From: Candidatus Ozemobacteraceae bacterium | GTDB lineage: Bacteria; Muiribacteriota; Ozemobacteria; Ozemobacterales; Ozemobacteraceae | DNA length: 64,000 bases | Direction of reading: 5' to 3' | NCBI GenBank assembly: GCA_965140445.1 | Contig: OZ223236.1 | Span: 960,001-1,024,000 of the forward strand | In this document: one piece after another, positions 57,740 through 64,000 of the stretch | How the letters are laid out: each line of letters begins with the position of its first letter | How positions within the stretch are numbered: position 1 is the first letter of the stretch | Program-made: the position numbers and the translations under genes | Notes under the pieces: generated by a model | Databases searched by the model: none | What the model saw: only the letters and a program-made list of their open reading frames with translations | What the model was told of the DNA's origin: nothing

Positions 57740-59498
57740 TCTTCCTTGACTCCAGCTCTCTTTCGAGAGCTATTTCACGAATGTCTTCTCCACGTGTAAG
57801 ACGAACAACTTCATCTATCGTGGTTACTCCTGCAATAGCTTTCAGGATTCCATCATCTCTCATTGTTCTCATACCAGAATTAATTGCGGCTTTTCTAATG
57901 TTTCTTGCCGACGCTGATTGAAGAATGAGGTGGTGAATATCTTCATTTATTGTCATAATTTCGTGTATAGCTGTTCTGCCGGAGAATCCACTTTTTCTAC
58001 AGGTTAAGCAGCCTTTTCCATAAAATAGTTCCTGTGCTTTAACGCTTTTTTGTTCCAGGAGGTCCAAAACATTTCCGCCCGGTTGATAAGAGGTTTTGCA
58101 CGATGGACAAATTTTTCTGACCAGTCTCTGTCCACCTACTCCAATAACTGCTGAGGCTACGAGGTATGGTTCAACTCCCATTTCTATCAATCTGGTTACT
58201 GCTGAGGCAGCATCATTGGTATGGAGGGTTGAGAACACTAAATGGCCTGTTAGTGCAGATTCAATAGCAATTTGAGCAGTTTCAAAATCGCGAATTTCGC
58301 CTATCAAAATTACATTGGGATCCTGGCGCAAAATTGCTCTTAAAGTTCTTGAAAATGAGAGGCCAATTTCGGATCTTACCTGGACCTGATTTATACTTGG
58401 AATCAAATATTCTACCGGGTCTTCAACTGTTGTGATATTTATTTGCCCGTTTCTGATGTAGTTAATTGCAGCATACAGAGTAGAAGTTTTTCCCGAACCG
58501 GTTGGTCCAGTCATCAAGATGATTCCGTTTGGAGAATTCGAAAGCCCTTTAAAAAGCTCTAACAGATCGGCATCAAAACCAACCTGGTCAAGTGTAAGCT
58601 GCATTCTGCTTTTATCAAGAATACGGATTACAATTTTCTCGCCAAATACTGTTGGAAGAGAAGAAACACGAAGATCAATACTTTGGTTTTTTACTTTAAC
58701 CTTAATTCTGCCGTCCTGAGGAAGACGCTTTTCAGAAATATCCATTTGAGCCATGATTTTCAATCTGGAGAGCAGCTCGCTTTGAATGGTTTTGGGGGCT
58801 TTCATTAGCTCATTTAAAATTCCATCTATCCTATAACGAACGCGAATAATTTCTTCGTCTGGTTCAATATGGATATCGCTGGCTCTATCTTTAATGGCTT
58901 GTTGAATAATCGTATTTACAAGGTTAATGATGGGAACACTCTGGTCCTCATCTCCAATGTCAAAAGTGGTGAAGAAGCTTTCGTCCAGAGTTACTTCCTG
59001 GCTTCTTTCGGCGGTGATGTTGTCAACAGCGGCTTGTAGCCCATCCCCAGAACCGTAGTAATGCCTTATCGCCGCTTCTACCTGGGATTCAGAGGAAATT
59101 GCAACATCTATTTCGTAGCCCGTCTGAAAATTAATTTCATCAATGATGAATACGTCAAGAGGGTCAGACATGGCGATTTGGAGCATATTGCCATTAAGTT
59201 TTACTGGTAACAAGCTGTGGGTACGAACAATGCCTTCTGGAATAGTGGTTAGAATTTCAGGGGTAACTACAAATTCATTGAGGTTTAAAAAAGGGATGTT
59301 CATCTGGCTTGCCAAAGTGTTGGCAATGCTGTCCTCGGTTGCAAAACCAGTTTCAACCAGAACTTTCCCAAGGCGCTTTCCCATGGTTTTTTGCTTGGAA
59401 AGTGCTTCCTGAAGTTGTTCTGAGGTTATTAATCCTGCATCAACGAGAATGTCTCCCAGTCTTTTTCTTTGTCTTTTCTGGGGTTGGGCAGAGTTCAT
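57732..59498 (-). CDS. pilB: Type IV pilus assembly ATPase PilB/GspE with an N-terminal MshEN-like motif
   Basis: RLGDILVDAGLIT..QL.EAL..Q...KRLG; ASDIHIEP, RLPQDGR, GPTGSGKT, LRQDP, tetracysteine motif. Confidence 0.95.
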   Translation of the reverse strand: MNSAQPQKRQRKRLGDILVDAGLITSEQLQEALSKQKTMGKRLGKVLVETGFATEDSIANTLASQMNIPFLNLNEFVVTPEILTTIPEGIVRTHSLLPVKLNGNMLQIAMSDPLDVFIIDEINFQTGYEIDVAISSESQVEAAIRHYYGSGDGLQAAVDNITAERSQEVTLDESFFTTFDIGDEDQSVPIINLVNTIIQQAIKDRASDIHIEPDEEIIRVRYRIDGILNELMKAPKTIQSELLSRLKIMAQMDISEKRLPQDGRIKVKVKNQSIDLRVSSLPTVFGEKIVIRILDKSRMQLTLDQVGFDADLLELFKGLSNSPNGIILMTGPTGSGKTSTLYAAINYIRNGQINITTVEDPVEYLIPSINQVQVRSEIGLSFSRTLRAILRQDPNVILIGEIRDFETAQIAIESALTGHLVFSTLHTNDAASAVTRLIEMGVEPYLVASAVIGVGGQRLVRKICPSCKTSYQPGGNVLDLLEQKSVKAQELFYGKGCLTCRKSGFSGRTAIHEIMTINEDIHHLILQSASARNIRKAAINSGMRTMRDDGILKAIAGVTTIDEVVRLTRGEDIREIALERELESRKNE

Positions 59499-59519
59499 CT
59501 ATTTTTGATCCTGACTATC

Positions 59520-60269
59520 TTATTTCCAGAAGCATTTTCTGGCTGTTTCGTAACTCGGGTTAATTTCCAGGGCTTTTCTGAAGGCCATCATGGCTTCATT
59601 TTTCAGGCCTTTGGCTTCAAGTGCCTGGCCAAGCTTGTAGTATCCGTCTGCGTATCCTGGAAATTTTTGTACATGGCGCCGAAGCTGTCTGATTAATTCC
59701 TCTGTGAGCTCTTCGTTGTCAAAAAGAACTGACATTTCATAATTATATGCTTCGGCCTCATGCGCCTGATATTCCGCAAAGAATAGGGCTATTACTTTTT
59801 TGTATTCTTTTAGCGCTTCGTCTTTGCGGTTAAGAGCTTCAAGGATATGGGCTCTTTCGTTAAGAGCTTCCCGATATTTGGGGTTTAACTCTATTGATTT
59901 GGAAAGAAGCTCGTTTGCCTTTTCTAGCTGGTCCAGATTTCTGCATGCAAGTGCCTGATGGAAAAAGGTATCCGGCCATCTTTTTTTGGAAATAACCTCA
60001 TCAAAAGCTTCAATCGCTTCTTTGTATCTCCCTGCGTTCAGGAGTGATTTCCCGAGGTTGTTCCAGTATTCAGGAGAAGGATTCTTTTGAATACAAATTT
60101 TATAGTGTTCAATGGCCTGTTCAAGTCTGCCAAGTTTTGCTAGTGCATTTGCTAGACTACATCTGAGCATGTGGTTGTCAGTGTCTTTTTCCAATCTGGC
60201 AAGATTTTCCTGGCAAAGCTCCTCTAACAGCCCTTCGCTGTAGTAGGAGCTATTTGTTGAGTTAGTCAT
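59520..60269 (-). CDS. TPR repeat protein
   Basis: Multiple TPR motifs (YWNNLG, YYKLGQAL..AFRKALEINP). Confidence 0.9.
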   Translation of the reverse strand: MTNSTNSSYYSEGLLEELCQENLARLEKDTDNHMLRCSLANALAKLGRLEQAIEHYKICIQKNPSPEYWNNLGKSLLNAGRYKEAIEAFDEVISKKRWPDTFFHQALACRNLDQLEKANELLSKSIELNPKYREALNERAHILEALNRKDEALKEYKKVIALFFAEYQAHEAEAYNYEMSVLFDNEELTEELIRQLRRHVQKFPGYADGYYKLGQALEAKGLKNEAMMAFRKALEINPSYETARKCFWK

Positions 60270-60283
60270 TGTTTTCCTTTCAG

Positions 60284-60964
60284 TTATTTGTCTAAGTCGT
60301 TTTTCAGTTTCAGATCAATATTTTTAAGGTCTATGTTCTTTTTTGTCGGAGCATCAACTTCTTTAATTTCTCCCAACACAGGAAGTGGACTTCCAGGAAC
60401 TGGTGGAAGAGCCGGAGTTACAATGTTGGTAGATTTTTTTTCTTCCACTTTTGTTGCTGCAGCTGGTTTTACGTCAGATGGTCTGTCCCAGTTTCTGTAT
60501 TCTTCTTCTGGTCCTGATGGTGAATAATATTGAAGGAATTTAACAACGTCACCAGAGTCGTTTAAGTATTCGTGAAAGGATTTTGCAGGAATATATGCGG
60601 TGCTGTTCGGGCCAAGAATTTTTGTTTCTTTACCTATTCTAAGGGTTAGATTTCCTTCAAGGACATAGATGATTTCGGTAACATAAACGTGTCTATGACT
60701 TGTTATGTGTGCGCCCGGCAGATAAGTCAGGTGAGTCATCGCTGCAATAGAAGGTCCAACTTTAGCTGGATCTATAAGAAGCTTTGCACCTATTCTTTTA
60801 TCTGGTGAGGTGTGGTAGTCAGCGTCTTCAAATGCAAAAAAGCGATGTGATTCTTGCTCCTTTTGCTCTTTGCTGTCTTTTGCTGAAGCCGCAAAACTGC
60901 TGGTAAGAAGAAAAACAATTATAACTGAAAGGGTAAGTTTGATTACGTTAGTGTTGATTTTCAT
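60284..60964 (-). CDS. Secreted cupin-domain protein
   Basis: Signal peptide; 'SHRH..EIIYVLEG' and 'YIPAKSFHEY' cupin motifs. Confidence 0.85.
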   Translation of the reverse strand: MKINTNVIKLTLSVIIVFLLTSSFAASAKDSKEQKEQESHRFFAFEDADYHTSPDKRIGAKLLIDPAKVGPSIAAMTHLTYLPGAHITSHRHVYVTEIIYVLEGNLTLRIGKETKILGPNSTAYIPAKSFHEYLNDSGDVVKFLQYYSPSGPEEEYRNWDRPSDVKPAAATKVEEKKSTNIVTPALPPVPGSPLPVLGEIKEVDAPTKKNIDLKNIDLKLKNDLDK

Positions 60965-60970
60965 TCAGGA

Positions 60971-60999
60971 ATTTTAGCCGTAATTACTTTTGCTGTCAA
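60971..60999 (-). promoter_or_regulatory. Sigma70 promoter heading the pilus operon; probable leaderless transcript
   Basis: TTGACA-17 nt-TAAAAT, 6 nt, then ATG at 60964. Confidence 0.75.
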
Positions 61000-61010
61000 G
61001 CCGCATCTGA

Positions 61011-61039
61011 TTGACTTTAACCTTCAATTAAAGTACAAT
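61011..61039 (+). promoter_or_regulatory. Divergent sigma70 promoter
   Basis: TTGACT-17 nt-TACAAT. Confidence 0.75.
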
Positions 61040-61067
61040 TTAGAACAATACCCGTTTGAGCCCACAA

Positions 61068-61643
61068 ATGAACCGTTCTTATTCAAAAAAAACAGCCATT
61101 CAAATCATATTTTTTATTACAATTCTGTTGAGCAGTTTTGTTTCTGGTTGCTGTACCAAAAAGAAGGCTAATCGAAGCAAAAAAGATGACATGGCTGAGA
61201 TTACTTCGATAATTGAAAAATCTGAAGCTGTTTCTGACGATAAAAAAGGGACTCCCAAAAAGAATTTTAAAGAAAAAAGCAGGGATTCTTACGCTATTCG
61301 CGAGGCAAATAGAAAAACTGCGGGATTGTATAAGAGATTAGAGCATTCTTATGATATGCTTGAAAGGTCAAATCCCGAAGGAGCCTTAAGAGAAATCGAA
61401 AGATTGCAACGAGAAATTAGAAATGACCCCTATCTGGAAATGCAGTCATGGTATCTTTCATCGATGATTTACCATAAAATGGGTAAAGCCAGCAGAAGAA
61501 AAAGATCTATGCGCAAAATGTTGGAAACCATGGAAGTATTACAGAAAGATCCCAGATTCAGATCTGCTTATGAAATGGGAATGGGCATTCAAGGCCTGAT
61601 AGAATATACGAAGAAAAAGGAAGGGAAAAAGTATGCAGAGTAA
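61068..61643 (+). CDS. Putative lipoprotein, helical/TPR-like C-terminus
   Basis: Hydrophobic stretch ending VSGC; exact start uncertain. Confidence 0.65.
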   Translation: MNRSYSKKTAIQIIFFITILLSSFVSGCCTKKKANRSKKDDMAEITSIIEKSEAVSDDKKGTPKKNFKEKSRDSYAIREANRKTAGLYKRLEHSYDMLERSNPEGALREIERLQREIRNDPYLEMQSWYLSSMIYHKMGKASRRKRSMRKMLETMEVLQKDPRFRSAYEMGMGIQGLIEYTKKKEGKKYAE

Positions 61644-64000
61644 TAAGCGACATGGCTCAATTTTTCTTTTAACTCTCACAGCCATGACGGTTCTTTTTAT
61701 TCTAGGATTTTCCATAACCTTTTTCACTGGGGCGGAAGATTATTCTTCAGCAATGTCATACGAATCAGAAGTTGCTTTTAATCTTGCTGAGTCTGCGGTA
61801 GATGAATTTGTTGCTCGTTTGAAAAACTCCTTAAACCATGATGATGCAAATAATCAGCTTTACAAGGTTTTAAGAGCTCACAATACCGATATCTCTAAAG
61901 ATATTCCCCTTGAAGCGGCGCAAGTTGCTCAGCTGACAGCCTATACAAGAGAAACTGCCCGGCAGATATATGGAATTCAGTTTGGTCGGGGACTTGTTGA
62001 GTCTGATGATTTTGTGGTTGATGCAAACATAAAGTTGAAACATATCAATTCTGTTGAGGCCAAAAATGGAGATAAAGTCCTTTATCAGCTAAAAAAGGAT
62101 CTCAAAGAAAAGCAGGGTGAGTTGGAGGTAAGGGCGAAGGTTACTTATCGCGGTCACACGGCTAAGGTTTCCCTGAAATTCTTAATCAGGGTTGTTAAGA
62201 CATTTGTTCCGCCATTTAATTATTTTACTCTCTATGTTAAAGACGCCAGTGTTTATGGCGGATCGCATTTTAACACCTTTCCTTCTCAGACCTCTCAGGA
62301 AAGAAGCTTGAGACTTGATAATGGATGGAATGCCATTTTAAAAGATTTTGACCCGACGCAAAACTACACCAACTGGGAAAGTATGCTGGCCCAGATTGGT
62401 AATAACGCTCCAACGCCGCCAGGTCGAGTATATCTTGGACAGGATATGAACAGCATGATGCAGGCTGGACCAGCAGTTTTGCTTCGCTCAACAAATGGAG
62501 CCAAGTTGCTTTATGGAGCTAATTTGAATTCAAATGTTCAAAAATTTACCCAGATGAATGCCCAGGAGAACTTTTTTCTTCGATTTGATGTGCCATGGGT
62601 TGGCTTAAAAAAATATGTAAAAGAATACATGGAAGCCCAGGGGCAAAAAAAGACAAAAGAAGGATTGATCTTTACGGGTTGGGATAACGATACAAAAATA
62701 AGACTTTTTAATGTTGGCGCTGGAAATGAGTTGTTTGATGGGGCTTTTGGTGCGCCTTCTTTTTCTAACTGCTTTCAAACATATGTAACTCACACAGATC
62801 AGCTTATTAAACAAAGTAATGGTGGGCCCAATGGAGACGAAGGCCGGATGAAATCCAGACTAATGCCACCTCTTAATCAAAGTGGGCTGCATGTCTTTGG
62901 TGCGGCCCCGCCTAGAGCCAATCTGGCTCCATTAGAGGGAGCGGATTTTTCGAAGCTTTCTCCAACAGTTGTTTATGGCCCAGTGTTACGCCAATATTTC
63001 AGGGGAGTTCAGGTTCATCCAAAGGGGGGCAGCCCAATGGAACTGCCTTTTATTGCTACTAACAGCCCTATAATAAATATGGCGCTTGGTCCAGATTTTG
63101 ATTTAGGTGATCCATTATCTGCCACACAGGCACGACAGCTTTTTGAAATGGCTGGTTTGCCAAAAGATTTCTGTGACACAACATTGGCTGATAACTGGGA
63201 TTTGTTGGACAAAGACTTTAGAAAGCTTAAAAATTACGGAAACTTTATGAGTGACTCTGGAGTTGAGCTCTACAACAGAGGTCTTGCTAACTTTCTACAG
63301 AGATTAAAAAATAGTAGTCCTGAAGGTAACACTGAAGAATATAGCGGTCCCTTAAAGGATTACATGGGGGGCTTTCTGGAGAATTACCCTTACCCGTATT
63401 CTTCTATACCAAAGGGTATGGATAGTGTGGTTACTCAATCCCCTATCAGAGAGTTTTATGAAGGCTCTATGTGGGAAGCTCTTCCAGATGGCATGAGTTC
63501 TTATCTGTTAGATTTTTATTTTATCCCTCGTAGCACCGAAGATTTCTTCAGAGGTAGAACAACTATTGCAATGGGCGGAAATTCTTACGACCGATTTGAT
63601 TTCAAATATATCAATAATGTTAAATCTTATCTTTCGGGAGCAAAGAACCAAACCCTGGAGCTGAATGGCATTCTGGCCTTGAATGACTCAGAACCTCTTA
63701 TGCTCAGAAATCTTAAGTTTAGAGGAAAAGGTATAATTTATTCCAGCCCTATGATGGGAGGGGGAAAGGTTGTTGTTTCTGGAGATTTGGTTGGTGCTGA
63801 AACTCAGCTTGATAAGTCTTTTAATTCCTCTATCGGAAATCATCTTCTTACAATAATTGCCCCACAAATTGTAATTGATACAACGGAAGCTCAAGGCAGT
63901 ATCTGCTATGTTGAGGCGAACCTGATTTCTGTTTCAGAGCCTCTTATAGTTAAGGGAACAAAAAGTATTATTATCAAAGGAACAGTTGTTACGCCCTATA
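61633..64000 (+). CDS. Large PilX/GspK-like protein, 3'-truncated (more than 789 aa; absent from the ORF track)
   Basis: MQSNKRHG|SIFLLTLTAMTVLFILGFSI...'VAFNLAESAVDE'; no stop seen before the window end. Confidence 0.8.
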   Translation, partial: MQSNKRHGSIFLLTLTAMTVLFILGFSITFFTGAEDYSSAMSYESEVAFNLAESAVDEFVARLKNSLNHDDANNQLYKVLRAHNTDISKDIPLEAAQVAQLTAYTRETARQIYGIQFGRGLVESDDFVVDANIKLKHINSVEAKNGDKVLYQLKKDLKEKQGELEVRAKVTYRGHTAKVSLKFLIRVVKTFVPPFNYFTLYVKDASVYGGSHFNTFPSQTSQERSLRLDNGWNAILKDFDPTQNYTNWESMLAQIGNNAPTPPGRVYLGQDMNSMMQAGPAVLLRSTNGAKLLYGANLNSNVQKFTQMNAQENFFLRFDVPWVGLKKYVKEYMEAQGQKKTKEGLIFTGWDNDTKIRLFNVGAGNELFDGAFGAPSFSNCFQTYVTHTDQLIKQSNGGPNGDEGRMKSRLMPPLNQSGLHVFGAAPPRANLAPLEGADFSKLSPTVVYGPVLRQYFRGVQVHPKGGSPMELPFIATNSPIINMALGPDFDLGDPLSATQARQLFEMAGLPKDFCDTTLADNWDLLDKDFRKLKNYGNFMSDSGVELYNRGLANFLQRLKNSSPEGNTEEYSGPLKDYMGGFLENYPYPYSSIPKGMDSVVTQSPIREFYEGSMWEALPDGMSSYLLDFYFIPRSTEDFFRGRTTIAMGGNSYDRFDFKYINNVKSYLSGAKNQTLELNGILALNDSEPLMLRNLKFRGKGIIYSSPMMGGGKVVVSGDLVGAETQLDKSFNSSIGNHLLTIIAPQIVIDTTEAQGSICYVEANLISVSEPLIVKGTKSIIIKGTVVTPY

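Noticed and set aside
61539..63894. Short minus-strand ORFs at the right end
   Set aside because: Antisense to the long plus-strand PilX-like frame.

Overview
A 64-kb piece of an AT-rich bacterial chromosome from a diderm: it encodes LpxK and a Skp-like protein. Housekeeping gene order is Firmicutes-like (rpsF-ssb-rpsR-DUF2232-rplI-dnaB; smc-ftsY). The protein style suggests a candidate-phylum anaerobe such as Ca. Riflebacteria, which is inference only. From left to right: (1) 1-7.1 kb, a cell-surface cluster with an Ig-like/Ser-Thr linker protein, a dockerin-like protein, two lipoproteins sharing an unannotated N-terminal domain but carrying different cargo (M30-like metallopeptidase, RCC1 propeller), and a GT-C-type membrane glycosyltransferase. 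(2) A ribosomal/replication operon with an S6:S18 leader RNA. (3) Envelope genes: PAP2, lpxK, a CsaB-like pyruvyltransferase, GT4 enzymes and a PLD. (4) An orphan xanthine dehydrogenase-family Mo subunit. (5) An accessory island at ~22.6-30.3 kb with an unannotated 42-aa membrane peptide, two divergent paralogous membrane-anchored proteins, IS3 and IS66 relics, GFA and tandem-HTH genes, MITE/REP-like repeats, a G-quadruplex-like tract, and a DnaB-like NTPase behind a structured 140-nt leader. (6) smc and an ftsY with N-terminal TM helices. (7) 35-64 kb, a large type IV filament region with about 12 prepilin-like proteins in four groups, PilB, PilC, a PilM-PilN fusion, PilO, a 1565-aa secreted protein and an enlarged Skp. 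This region is interrupted by four tRNAs plus tilS and by a cytochrome c lipoprotein/Na+-type MotAB operon. No CRISPR array or rRNA was seen. All family calls come from motif recognition by eye; no database searches were run.
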